A stretch of 63,722 nucleotides of DNA, the filler included. It is 9 parts of 9 records of this genome, joined end to end, with 100 filler letters (N's around TTAATTAATTAA, not from the genome) between each part and the next. Parts side by side here need not be neighbours in the genome. Positions count along the whole stretch, not along the records: positions 14,739 to 20,386 come from SRR20825010_234; positions 20,487 to 24,150 come from SRR20825010_236; positions 24,251 to 27,768 come from SRR20825010_237; positions 27,869 to 42,174 come from SRR20825010_238; 5 more parts are not named here. One strand, written 5' to 3'. Under the pieces are notes generated by a model. The model was not told the DNA's origin and did not search any database. It was given only the letters and a program-made list of their open reading frames with translations. The stretch's first letter is position 1. The number at the start of each line of letters is the position of its first letter. Both the position numbers and the translations under genes were made by a program. Positions 20,166 through 29,579 of the stretch are shown in pieces.

Positions 20166-20486
20166 AAGGTCAATCTCCGCAGATGCCTTATCATTGCTGG
20201 GACGCGACAAGCCAGTCCAGGGCCTTGAAAACAATTATTTCCAGGCGGAGGGTCAAAGGCGGATTCTTCTCGAATTCCGACAGAAACCCCATGCTTCTTC
20301 AGGAAGCATAACCCCTGTTACTTCATCTGCTTCGCAGTATGACTGATAAGGTGGAGAAATTACAATAAAATCCCGGCATTCGGTTCNNNNNNNNNNNNNN
20401 NNNNNNNNNNNNNNNNNNNNNNNNNNNNNNTTAATTAATTAANNNNNNNNNNNNNNNNNNNNNNNNNNNNNNNNNNNNNNNNNNNN

Positions 20487-21701
20487 CGCAAAAAACGCGG
20501 CAAGGAAGATGCAGGACGGATCGGTGAACGGTTCGGTCATGCCAGTGCATTGCGCCCGAAGGGGAAGCTCGTCTGGATACATGGTGCCAGTGTTGGCGAA
20601 TCCCTGTCGTCCCTGCCGGTGATTGATGCCATTCGTGCGCGTTTTCCCGAAACCTCGATCCTTGTCACCACCGGCACCGTTACGTCGGCGGCAATGATGT
20701 ATCAGCGCCTTCCCAAAGGGGTGATCCATCAGTTCATCCCCATTGATCGGCAGGTTTGCGTTGCGCGTTTTCTGCATCACTGGAAACCGGATGCGGCTCT
20801 TTGGCTTGAAAGTGATTTCTGGCCCAATATTCTGACCAAGGCCAAGAAGGCAGGCACCAGACTGGCACTGCTTAATGGCCGCATTTCGGCCAGAAGCTTT
20901 AAAAGCTATTCACGATTTCCATCCTTTATCACGCCGGTCATTTCCGCATTTGACCTGATCCTGACGCAAGGAAGCAAGGAAACCGAACGGTTCGTTTCCC
21001 TTGGCGGGAAGGATGTGCACGCCGTCGGGAACCTGAAATTTGCAGCCCCCCCGCTGCCGGTCGAAGCCGACGCCCTAACCGAACTGCAATCGCAGATCGG
21101 CACCCGCCCGGTATGGCTTGCGGCAAGTACGTTTGAGGGCGAGGAACTGGCCTGCGCACAGGTTCATCAGGCACTTTCGCCAAAGCATGACGGCCTTTTG
21201 ACAGTTATTGTTCCCCGTCATCCGGATCGTGCTGATGAAATCGAGGCGGATCTGATTGCCCAGGGATTGCGCGTTGCCCGCCGAAGTCTGGGGCACAAAA
21301 TCACCGAAGATATCGACATCTATCTTGGCGATACGATGGGGGAAATGGGGCTTTATTACCGGATTGCACCGGTGTGCCTGATCGGAAAATCCCTTTGTGC
21401 GTCCGGCGGGCAAAACCCGCTTGAACCGGCACGGCTTGGATGCGCCATTCTGCATGGCCCCGATATGAGCAATTTTAGCGAGATCAGTCAGGAACTTCTT
21501 ACAGCACACGCCTGCCGACCGGTTGCTGACCGTGACGACCTGACAAGGCAGATTGATATTCTTCTGACCCAACCGGAAAAGGCGAGCGCACTGGCAAATG
21601 CCGCATTGGCATATGCCAATTCAAAGGCCGAGGTTCTCGAACGAACCATTGATGCGATCACCCCGCTTTTAACCGGGGAGGTTGCCAATGCGCGCGCCTG
21701 A
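20487..21701 (+). CDS. waaA: Kdo transferase (5'-truncated)
   Basis: Frame open from contig edge (RGKEDAGRIGERFG); WIHGASVGE, GNLKF, VPRHPDR, GGQNPLEPA. Confidence 0.93.
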   Translation, partial: RKKRGKEDAGRIGERFGHASALRPKGKLVWIHGASVGESLSSLPVIDAIRARFPETSILVTTGTVTSAAMMYQRLPKGVIHQFIPIDRQVCVARFLHHWKPDAALWLESDFWPNILTKAKKAGTRLALLNGRISARSFKSYSRFPSFITPVISAFDLILTQGSKETERFVSLGGKDVHAVGNLKFAAPPLPVEADALTELQSQIGTRPVWLAASTFEGEELACAQVHQALSPKHDGLLTVIVPRHPDRADEIEADLIAQGLRVARRSLGHKITEDIDIYLGDTMGEMGLYYRIAPVCLIGKSLCASGGQNPLEPARLGCAILHGPDMSNFSEISQELLTAHACRPVADRDDLTRQIDILLTQPEKASALANAALAYANSKAEVLERTIDAITPLLTGEVANARA

Positions 21702-22659
21702 TTTCTGGCTGGCAGACGGCTGCATGGCCAAGGCACTGTCGCCTTTTTCCCTGCTGTGGCGCGCAGGTGCAGGCATTCGGGCGATGACAACAACCATGCG
21801 CCATCCGGGATGCAAGGTTTTCTGCGTTGGCAACTTTACCATCGGCGGGGCCGGTAAAACGCCGACGGCAATCGCGCTGTATCACACGTTGCACAAAATG
21901 GGCATTCGGGCCCATTTCCTAAGCCGTGGATATGGCGGACGCGAAACCGGCCCGCACCGTGTTGATCCGATGAAGGACACCGCAGCCGATGTCGGGGACG
22001 AGCCGCTGCTTCTGGCGCGAACGGCGCCGGCATGGATTTCACGGGACCGGGGCATGGGCGCCGAAACGGCCAGAAATGCGGGTGCCGAGGCAATCATTCT
22101 GGATGACGGACTGCAAAATCCATCGTTGATCAAGGATTGCAGCTTTGCGGTTGTCGACAGCGTTTTCGGGATTGGAAACGGTCGCGTCATTCCCGCAGGC
22201 CCGATGCGCGAAACCCTTGAACAGGGATTGGCCAAAGTTCGTGCGATCATTCTGATCGGTGATGGCAATCCGCCGTTCCTGAAAAACCTGCCAGCTTCGG
22301 TTCCGGTTTTGCGCGCCCGCATTGTTCCCTGCAACGGCGCCGAATTTGCCGGTCGCAGGGTTCTCGCCTTTGCGGGGATTGGCCGCCCGGCCAAATTCCA
22401 TGATAGTCTGCGCGCAGTCGGTGCCGATATTGTTGCGACCGTCGACTTTGCGGATCATCATCCGTTCCGTGCGGCCGAATTGGCGGAGCTGCATCAAAAA
22501 GCCAAGGCGTTGAATGCCGATTTGGTCACGACAGAAAAAGACCTGATGCGCTTGCCTGCCGGGCAGCGGAACGGCATAAGCACACTTGATATTGTGCTGG
22601 AATTCGAAGCCCCGGACCAGCTGGAGAAAATAATTACGGCGGTGTTGTCCGATGCCTGA
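21688..22659 (+). CDS. lpxK: Tetraacyldisaccharide 4'-kinase
   Basis: VGNFTIGGAGKTP, SRGYGG, GDEP, DDGLQ, AGIGRP, TTEKD; GGAGG RBS. Confidence 0.95.
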   Translation: MRAPDFWLADGCMAKALSPFSLLWRAGAGIRAMTTTMRHPGCKVFCVGNFTIGGAGKTPTAIALYHTLHKMGIRAHFLSRGYGGRETGPHRVDPMKDTAADVGDEPLLLARTAPAWISRDRGMGAETARNAGAEAIILDDGLQNPSLIKDCSFAVVDSVFGIGNGRVIPAGPMRETLEQGLAKVRAIILIGDGNPPFLKNLPASVPVLRARIVPCNGAEFAGRRVLAFAGIGRPAKFHDSLRAVGADIVATVDFADHHPFRAAELAELHQKAKALNADLVTTEKDLMRLPAGQRNGISTLDIVLEFEAPDQLEKIITAVLSDA

Positions 22660-23551
22660 ACGCAGTGCCTTTTACAAAGCACGACAGAAATATATTTCCC
22701 ACCCGTTGCAGGGATTGGCAGCGCATCTGATTTATTGGATTTTTGCTGCCATGCCGATTGATATGGCATCAAACGCGGGTGGAACATTACTGCGAAAGTT
22801 TGGCCCCAAACTCGGCCAGACAAAAAAGGCACGAAACAACCTGACACGCGCATTTCCGGAAAAATCCCCGGAAGAGATCGAAACGATCATCTTTGACATG
22901 TGGGAAAATCTAGGACGTAACGCGGCTGAAATCCCGCATCTGCATAAATTGCGCCCGGGAGGCCCAAGGATCGAGGTTGTCGGCCTTGAAAACGGCATGG
23001 CCTCGAAAGATGATGACAAACCGGGTGTTTTCTTTACCGGCCATATCGGCAACTGGGAAATCGGCATGACGCTGGCAACCGCGATGGATATGGACATGAT
23101 GTGTGTCTATCGCGCCCCGGATAATCCGTGGGTTGATCAGTTATTCATTCGTGCCCGCAAGACTTTCCGCGGTCAGTTGGTAAAAAAGGGGCCTCAGGGT
23201 GCCCGCCAGATTACCAAATACATGAAAGAAGGCGGACATGTCGCCATGCTGGTCGATCAGAAAATGAATGACGGCATTGCCGTCCCGTTTTTTGGTCGTG
23301 ACGCCATGACAGCACCGGCACTGGCGCAGTTTGCGCTAAAATATGACTGCCCGGTAGTACCGGTCCGGGTGGAACGACTGGGCGGCGCCTATTTCCGCAT
23401 GACATTTTATCCGGCACTCGAAATTGTCCCGACCGATGACCGTCATGCCGATATTCTGCGCATCATGACCGAAGTTAATGCGATCATGGAAAGCTGGATT
23501 CGTGACCGACCCGCGCAATGGTTGTGGCTTCACAGACGCTGGCCGAACTGA
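22652..23551 (+). CDS. lpxL: Lipid A late acyltransferase (LpxL/HtrB family)
   Basis: GHIGNWE, LVDQK, VPFFG, QWLWLHRRW. Confidence 0.88.
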   Translation: MPERSAFYKARQKYISHPLQGLAAHLIYWIFAAMPIDMASNAGGTLLRKFGPKLGQTKKARNNLTRAFPEKSPEEIETIIFDMWENLGRNAAEIPHLHKLRPGGPRIEVVGLENGMASKDDDKPGVFFTGHIGNWEIGMTLATAMDMDMMCVYRAPDNPWVDQLFIRARKTFRGQLVKKGPQGARQITKYMKEGGHVAMLVDQKMNDGIAVPFFGRDAMTAPALAQFALKYDCPVVPVRVERLGGAYFRMTFYPALEIVPTDDRHADILRIMTEVNAIMESWIRDRPAQWLWLHRRWPN

Positions 23552-23581
23552 TCATCGTTAATCGCACCCGGCATTAACCGA

Positions 23582-24150
23582 ATGGGAACACCCTTGCAGC
23601 AGACTGGTGGATACCTCTCCACCTTGTCCGGGGGAAGTTCCCTTTTGCTGCGTTTCGTCGTCCCGCTTTTTCTGATTTTTGTTGGTTCAATGTTTGCCGT
23701 CTGGCCGTCATTCGCGCTGGAAGGTGATGTTGGCAAGATAGAAAGCAGTTCAAAGAATGTGCGGATACGGATTGCCGAACTTGATCAGCAATTGCAGACA
23801 CATCTGCGAGAAGCCGTTGAAAAGTTCGGGGATCGCCAGATCGAGTGCGGCAAGAGTGCCGAGAAAAAGCCGCTGTCTGATTGCATTGCCGAAGACGGTG
23901 ATGATCTGACCCAAACCAGACTGTCAATCGCGCGCACCAAAGATGGCGACGTGAAAGACGGCCCGCTTGACGAGCTTGCCGCGACCGAAGAACGCTTTGC
24001 GATGTTCATCGAACGCATGAACAAAACCAACGATCTTCTGTCACGTGCCGGGGCAAAGATGTATCGAACGAGTTTCGATATCACACCGGAAATGGATCAG
24101 CTTCGCCGACAGGTTATCGCCTATGTCGAACGCAAACAGGAATATGATCT
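23582..24150 (+). CDS. Hypothetical exported or membrane-anchored helical protein (3'-truncated)
   Basis: N-terminal hydrophobic segment followed by a coiled-coil-like region. Confidence 0.5.
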
Positions 24151-24250
24151 NNNNNNNNNNNNNNNNNNNNNNNNNNNNNNNNNNNNNNNNNNNNTTAATT
24201 AATTAANNNNNNNNNNNNNNNNNNNNNNNNNNNNNNNNNNNNNNNNNNNN

Positions 24251-24767
24251 CGTTTACACCGAATGGTGCCATTTCGGCGCGCATGACCTCGGAGATGCCC
24301 TGGAGGGCGAACTTGCTGCCGCAGTAGTAGCCAATGCCGGGCATGGTGATCATTCCGCCCATTGAGGTGACGTTGACGATGAAACCGTGACGTCTTTCGC
24401 GGAAACGCGGCAGGAAGGCCTTCGCCACTGCAACCGCACCGAAAACGTTCACATCGAACTGACGGCGCATCTCTTCTAGCGGCGACTCTTCGAGGATACC
24501 CTCATGGCCGTAGCCGGCATTGTTGATCAGGACGTCCACCGGCCCGTAGTCTGCCTCAGCCTGTTCGACGACATCGGGTATCCGGTCAAATTCGGTAACA
24601 TTGCACAGAACAGAGCGGACGGCAGGCAGTCGTTCCGCAAGGCTTGCCCGCGACGCTTCGGAGCGGATGGTGCCGACAACCGTGTGGCCCTGTTTGCTGG
24701 CTGCCGTAGCTATGGCAAGACCAAAGCCCGAATTGGCACCCGTAATGAAAAAGGTCTTCTTGGACAT
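24251..24767 (-). CDS. Short-chain dehydrogenase/reductase (3'-truncated)
   Basis: TGANSGFG, NNAG, YCGSK (YxxxK). Confidence 0.92.
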
Positions 24768-24844
24768 ACGTGACTTCCTCTCCTTGTTTGATTATCGTTT
24801 TTGACTGATACTCTCCTGCCCGCGATCTGAAGAGACCAAATTCT

Positions 24845-25789
24845 ATGACTTCCTTGCCAAATCCTATGAGTGTCGAAAGCGGGCAGGTTGTGCGTGAGCG
24901 GCTGCTGGAGTTGGCCGGACTGCTCGCCGCAGATGAGGGTTACAATCTGACGGGACTTCCAGGCCTTCGCATTCTGAGGACGGAGACGGTGCTTCATGAC
25001 GTCCCGGTGCTCTACAAGCCCGGGGCCGTCTTCGTGTTGCAGGGAAGAAAGCAAGGCATGCTGGAAGGCGACGTGTATCTCTACGACGAGGAGCACTATC
25101 TATCGGTCTCGGTGCCTGTTCCGTTCCGCATGGAATCTGTCGCCAGCGTGGATCGGCCGCTGCTTGCGATTTATGTGGAATTCGATATGCAGTTAGCCGC
25201 CGAGATCGCCTCGGAAATCGAAAAGCGGTCCTCCGGGACGTCGACCGCCAAGGCAAAAAGTCTCGTATCGAGCAAGATGGGACCCGATATCTTGGACGTG
25301 TTGCTGCGTCTGTTGAAAGCCCTGACCAATCCAGTGGAGACTGCGGTGCTGGGCAAAGGCATCTTGCGCGAACTGCATTATCGGGTTCTTGTCGGCCCGC
25401 AGGGTGGGGCGATGATATCGGCGCTACAGCAGAGAGGTACATCCGGGAAAATCGTGCAAAGCCTTGCCCGGCTGCGCGACACGTACCGCTCAGACGTCTC
25501 CGTCGCAGCTCTGGCAAGCGACGCGGGCATGAGCGTTCCGTCCTATCACGCCCATTTCAAGGCGCTTACCGGCAGCAGCCCGATGCAATACGTCAAGGCC
25601 ATGCGGCTTCATGAGGCCAGATTGATGATTGCGCGCCAGGACATGACGATCGCGGAAGTCGCTCTCTCGGTTGGCTATGTCAGCCCCGCTCAATTCAGCC
25701 GCGACTTCAAACGGCACTTCCGCCGCACCGCTTCGGAAGAGGCGAATTGGGTCCGCCAGCATCTCGGCGCGCTTGCCTTGGGAGCATAG
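24845..25789 (+). CDS. AraC-family regulator (YqhC-like), divergent from the SDR
   Basis: LQGRKQG N-terminal domain; SPMQYVK, VGYVSPAQFSRDFKR HTH; start could be 24866. Confidence 0.88.
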   Translation: MTSLPNPMSVESGQVVRERLLELAGLLAADEGYNLTGLPGLRILRTETVLHDVPVLYKPGAVFVLQGRKQGMLEGDVYLYDEEHYLSVSVPVPFRMESVASVDRPLLAIYVEFDMQLAAEIASEIEKRSSGTSTAKAKSLVSSKMGPDILDVLLRLLKALTNPVETAVLGKGILRELHYRVLVGPQGGAMISALQQRGTSGKIVQSLARLRDTYRSDVSVAALASDAGMSVPSYHAHFKALTGSSPMQYVKAMRLHEARLMIARQDMTIAEVALSVGYVSPAQFSRDFKRHFRRTASEEANWVRQHLGALALGA

Positions 25790-25907
25790 GACGATTGTCC
25801 GCAATTGGCGCATTCTTGCCATCAATGCCGTAGCGGCATTTTTCGGAAAGCCCAATCGAGCTTGGTCAATGTGCGAGGAAAACACCGCTTACCGATATGC
25901 GGTGGTC

Positions 25908-26357
25908 TCACCCGGTTTTGATCGCGATCCCGGCTTCGTTCAGCATCGTTTCCGAGACATCGAAACTGTGATCCAGCTTGCCGTCGTTTTCCGGCTTCGG
26001 CGGGCAATCGACACAGACGATGCCGCTTTGGATGATGGCGCGGGCGCAATCGGCGCAGGGGAAGCGGTTGACATAGATGGTGCAACCGGCAAGCGCTGCG
26101 CCGGAGCGGGCGGCATTGTAGATGGCGTTGCGTTCGGCATGTTCGATCCAGAAGAATTTCTCGCCGCTGGCACGGTCGAAGCGGGTCGGGTCCGCGCCGC
26201 CAACGCCGCGCGGCAGGCCGTTGTAGCCGGTGGCGCGCACCTCGTGGCCCGGCCCGACGATCACCGCGCCGACCTTGAAATCGCGATCTTCCGACCACGA
26301 GGCGGTTTCGTCGCAGAGCGCATGAAAGCGCATGGACCATTTTGCTTCATCGGCCAT
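25908..26357 (-). CDS. dCMP deaminase-family zinc deaminase
   Basis: KVGAVIV, GYNG, HAERNA, PCADC. Confidence 0.88.
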   Translation of the reverse strand: MADEAKWSMRFHALCDETASWSEDRDFKVGAVIVGPGHEVRATGYNGLPRGVGGADPTRFDRASGEKFFWIEHAERNAIYNAARSGAALAGCTIYVNRFPCADCARAIIQSGIVCVDCPPKPENDGKLDHSFDVSETMLNEAGIAIKTG

Positions 26358-26517
26358 GATGATTCCCTTGCTGGATGGCTTCGAGCGCTCGGCGCGCCGG
26401 TTGTTCGACGGTCAGCAATGGCGGCAGGACATTCTCCCATGCCGGATTGCCGCTGCGCTTTCCAACCAGATATTTGACGGCCGGCGGCGTCGGCCCGGTC
26501 GCGAGAATGCCCTTCAT
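26347..26517 (-). CDS. Small ORF (56 aa), possibly a gene remnant
   Basis: GAGGA RBS; ATGA coupling with the ferredoxin stop; overlaps the deaminase start by 11 nt. Confidence 0.35.
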   Translation of the reverse strand: MKGILATGPTPPAVKYLVGKRSGNPAWENVLPPLLTVEQPARRALEAIQQGNHHGR

Positions 26518-26861
26518 GACTGATGTTCCTCTTCTGATTTCGTTGGCCAGTCCCGCACCAGCGGGTGATCGCTCACCGGTGGCGCCGATCTGGACCAGCC
26601 GCCCGGTTCCCTGAGCCCGCCGCTGCCATCGTCGAACACGGCGCGGCTGATGGCGTTGAAGCGGGTGATTTCGGCACCCGGATCGTCGTCGTAGCGGATG
26701 GCGTCGACCGGGCAGATGCTCTCGCACATGCCGCATTCGATGCACTCCGTCGGGTGGATGTAGAATATCCGCTCGCCCTCATAGATGCAGTCCACCGGGC
26801 AGACGGTGGCGCAGACGCCGTCCTTGATATCGATGCATTCGCTCTTGATGACCAGCGCCAT
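26514..26861 (-). CDS. Ferredoxin (7Fe, FdxA-like)
   Basis: CIDIKDGVCATVCPVDCI and CIECGMCESICP. Confidence 0.9.
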   Translation of the reverse strand: MALVIKSECIDIKDGVCATVCPVDCIYEGERIFYIHPTECIECGMCESICPVDAIRYDDDPGAEITRFNAISRAVFDDGSGGLREPGGWSRSAPPVSDHPLVRDWPTKSEEEHQS

Positions 26862-26868
26862 TCGATCC

Positions 26869-27645
26869 CTATCTGCCGCGCCAGACCGGCGCGCGCTTTT
26901 CCCGGAAGGCGAGGACCCCTTCCTCGGAATCCTCCGAGACCAGCGCCGCGATCAGTTCCGGCGTCTGCAAGGCGCGGGCGTCGCGCGGCGAAAGATGCGC
27001 CGTTTTGCGCAGCGTGGCCTTGATTGCCTTCAGCGACAGCGGGGCGGCCTTGAGGATATCGGCAACCCAGGCATCGACTTCCGCGTCGAGATTTTCCGGA
27101 GAGGCAACGGCATTGACGAGGCCCGCGGAATGGGCCTCGGCCGCGTTCATCATCCGCCCGGTCATCATCATCCCGGCGGCGATATTACGCGGGATCAGCC
27201 GCTGCAGCGCCACCATGCCGCCATCAAGCGGCAGGCGTCCGACCTTTGCTTCGGGCAGACCGAACCGCGCGCTGTCGCTGGCGATCACGATATCGGCGCC
27301 GAGCACCATTTCCAGCCCGCCGCCAAGCGCCACGCCGTTGACGCGGGCGATCACCGGCACGGTGAGGCTCTCGCGCAGCGCAATGCCGCCGAAGCCGTTC
27401 GGGTTCATCCGCGCCCAGTATTCGAGCCCGGACGCGCCGGAGCCGGATTTGAGGTCGGCGCCTGCCGAGAACGCCCGCTCGCCCGCCCCGGTCAGCACCA
27501 CGCAGCGGATATCGGGATCGCCCTCAATGGCGGTCCAGATCTCTTCAAGCCGTGCCTCGGTTACCTGATCGACGGCGTTCATGCGTTCCGGGCGATTGAT
27601 CGTGACCCGCGCGACGTGATCTTCGATGTCGAAAACAACGCTCAT
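26869..27645 (-). CDS. Enoyl-CoA hydratase/crotonase family
   Basis: NRPERMNA, FSAGADL, GGGLE, FGLPE. Confidence 0.92.
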   Translation of the reverse strand: MSVVFDIEDHVARVTINRPERMNAVDQVTEARLEEIWTAIEGDPDIRCVVLTGAGERAFSAGADLKSGSGASGLEYWARMNPNGFGGIALRESLTVPVIARVNGVALGGGLEMVLGADIVIASDSARFGLPEAKVGRLPLDGGMVALQRLIPRNIAAGMMMTGRMMNAAEAHSAGLVNAVASPENLDAEVDAWVADILKAAPLSLKAIKATLRKTAHLSPRDARALQTPELIAALVSEDSEEGVLAFREKRAPVWRGR

Positions 27646-27767
27646 CCGGCGGCCCTCACCTTGCCGCCAAGGCCGAATTCGGCAATCACCTCGGCCGTGT
27701 GCTCGCCAAGCTTCGGCGGCTGGTGGCGCAGCACCACCGGCGCGTCACTGAGATGCACGGGCGAGGC
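27642..27767 (-). CDS. CaiB/BaiF CoA-transferase C-terminus (5'-truncated; not in ORF track)
   Basis: Translates ASPVHLSDAPVVLRHQPPKLGEHTAEVIAEFGLG...*; ATGA overlap with the crotonase. Confidence 0.8.
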   Translation of the reverse strand, partial: ASPVHLSDAPVVLRHQPPKLGEHTAEVIAEFGLGGKVRAAG

Positions 27768-27870
27768 GNNNNNNNNNNNNNNNNNNNNNNNNNNNNNNNN
27801 NNNNNNNNNNNNTTAATTAATTAANNNNNNNNNNNNNNNNNNNNNNNNNNNNNNNNNNNNNNNNNNNNTC

Positions 27871-28302
27871 ACGCCGGAATTCCGCAACCGTCTGGATGCT
27901 ATCATTCCGTTCTCGTCGCTGCCCGAGGAAGTCATTGCCAATGTGGTCCAGAAATTTGTCATGCAGCTTGATGCCCAGTTGGCAGATCGCAATGTGACAA
28001 TCGAGTTGACACCGGAAGCAAACAAGTGGCTTGCCACACGCGGTTATGATGACCAGATGGGCGCGCGGCCACTCGCCCGTGTCATTCAGGAATCCATCAA
28101 GAAGCCGTTGGCGGACGAGGTTCTCTTTGGTCGCCTGACCAAAGGTGGTCACGTCAAGGTTAAGCTCGGCGAGAATGATGATCTGGCTTTCGACATCGAA
28201 GAAGCGCCGCCGCGCTCCTCGCCCCCGCCCAAGAAGAAGGGCGGCGGCAATGGTGCCAGTGGTGGTGGCACAACGCCGAAAGTGCCGCTTCTCGTAGAAT
28301 AG
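27871..28302 (+). CDS. clpA: ATP-dependent Clp protease ATPase, C-terminus (5'-truncated)
   Basis: TPEFRNRLDAII, GYDDQMGARPLARVIQ, LADEVLFGRL. Confidence 0.9.
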   Translation, partial: TPEFRNRLDAIIPFSSLPEEVIANVVQKFVMQLDAQLADRNVTIELTPEANKWLATRGYDDQMGARPLARVIQESIKKPLADEVLFGRLTKGGHVKVKLGENDDLAFDIEEAPPRSSPPPKKKGGGNGASGGGTTPKVPLLVE

Positions 28303-28404
28303 AAGCGTTACCTCGGACAAAAGAATTGCAGCGGCCATGAAGCCAGATGTGCTTCGTGGCCGTTTGCGGTAGATGAAACAAACTGAAAAAAGACTAGGGA
28401 GAAA

Positions 28405-28776
28405 ATGATGATCGGATACGTATTGGTTGGCAGCAACGACCGTCAGAAGGCAGGCGCCTTTTTCGATGCGCTGTTTGGTGAGCTCGGTGGCAAGCGTGTG
28501 ATGGAAGACGGCGACCGCCTCATTCTCTGGTCCAATGGTCAGGGCCCGATGGTCGGCGTGGTTCGTCCTTATGACGAAAAGCCCGCCACAGTCGGCAATG
28601 GCAACATGGTGGCACTCGCCGTTGGTTCGCGCGAGAATGTGGACAAGCTGCATGCCAAGGCCTTGTCGCTGGGCGGCAAGGACGAGGGTGCACCTGGCTT
28701 GCGCGGCGGAAATTTCTACGGTGGATATTTCCGTGACCTCGACGGCAACAAGTTCGTCGCGTTCCACATGGGCTAA
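28405..28776 (+). CDS. VOC/glyoxalase family protein
   Basis: IGYVLVGSND, GNGNMVAL, DEGAPGLR, YFRDLDGNK. Confidence 0.9.
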   Translation: MMIGYVLVGSNDRQKAGAFFDALFGELGGKRVMEDGDRLILWSNGQGPMVGVVRPYDEKPATVGNGNMVALAVGSRENVDKLHAKALSLGGKDEGAPGLRGGNFYGGYFRDLDGNKFVAFHMG

Positions 28777-28798
28777 GTCGCTCGCATAAGCGACACGG

Positions 28799-28832
28799 AA
28801 AAGGCGCAACCGGAAACGGTCGCGCCTTTTTT
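28799..28832 (+). terminator. Intrinsic terminator
   Basis: AAAAGGCGCAACCG-GAAA-CGGTCGCGCCTTTTTT. Confidence 0.8.
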
Positions 28833-28846
28833 GCTTCCTTCTAATT

Positions 28847-28932
28847 CGTCATTGCGAGCGAAGCGAAGCAATCCATCTTTGTTGAGGCAGGCTGGATTGC
28901 CGCGTCGGCCAAATGGCCTCCTCGCAATGACG
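28847..28932. repeat. Palindromic REP/RPE-type element of alphaproteobacteria
   Basis: 12-bp terminal inverted repeats CGTCATTGCGAG/CTCGCAATGACG, with an internal GCAATCCA/TGGATTGC stem. Confidence 0.8.
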
Positions 28933-29159
28933 GCGATAGGGTGTGGGTAAATCACGGGCATAAATAAATTTTTTGCGGGATAGGCCCTTATCCCGCGAAA
29001 TAAATAGATTTCCCGCAATTTCGCGCGCGATGCTCTTTGCTGAACAAGAAAAAGCATCAATCTCTACATGGAAACGCTCGATCTCGTGCAGGAAATGATC
29101 GCATTTTTCGAGCCTTTTGCGAGCGATGTGTGGGCTTATCCCCATGCCCTCAAATGCTG

Positions 29160-29576
29160 TTATAGCTCGGCTTTGATCCATTCGGCGTGCTGTTTCAGCA
29201 GATTGAAATCGGCCAGTTGGCGGGCATGCAATTTCATTTCAAGGCCGGAGAAACGAGGGATGATATGGCTATGCAAATGGAAAACCGTCTGGCCTGCTTC
29301 CGCGCCATTGAGTTGCGCGACCATGATGCCGGGTGCCTTGAATGCGCGTTTCACTGCAGGCGCAAGTTTCTGCACCGTGATCGCCACAGCGGCTGCATAG
29401 TCCGGGTCTAGATCAAATAGGTTCTCTGCCGGAAACTTCGGAATGACAAGTGTATGGCCATCTGCTTGTGGCATCACATCCATGAAAGCGTAGGTTTTTT
29501 CATCTTCATAGACTTTGAAAGACGGTGCTTCGCCGCGCAGGATTTTTGCGAAAATGTTGTTGGGATCATATGCCAT
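29160..29576 (-). CDS. HIT-family hydrolase
   Basis: NIFAKILRGE, GHTLVIPK, AGQTVFHLHSHII. Confidence 0.93.
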   Translation of the reverse strand: MAYDPNNIFAKILRGEAPSFKVYEDEKTYAFMDVMPQADGHTLVIPKFPAENLFDLDPDYAAAVAITVQKLAPAVKRAFKAPGIMVAQLNGAEAGQTVFHLHSHIIPRFSGLEMKLHARQLADFNLLKQHAEWIKAEL

Positions 29577-29579
29577 GTG

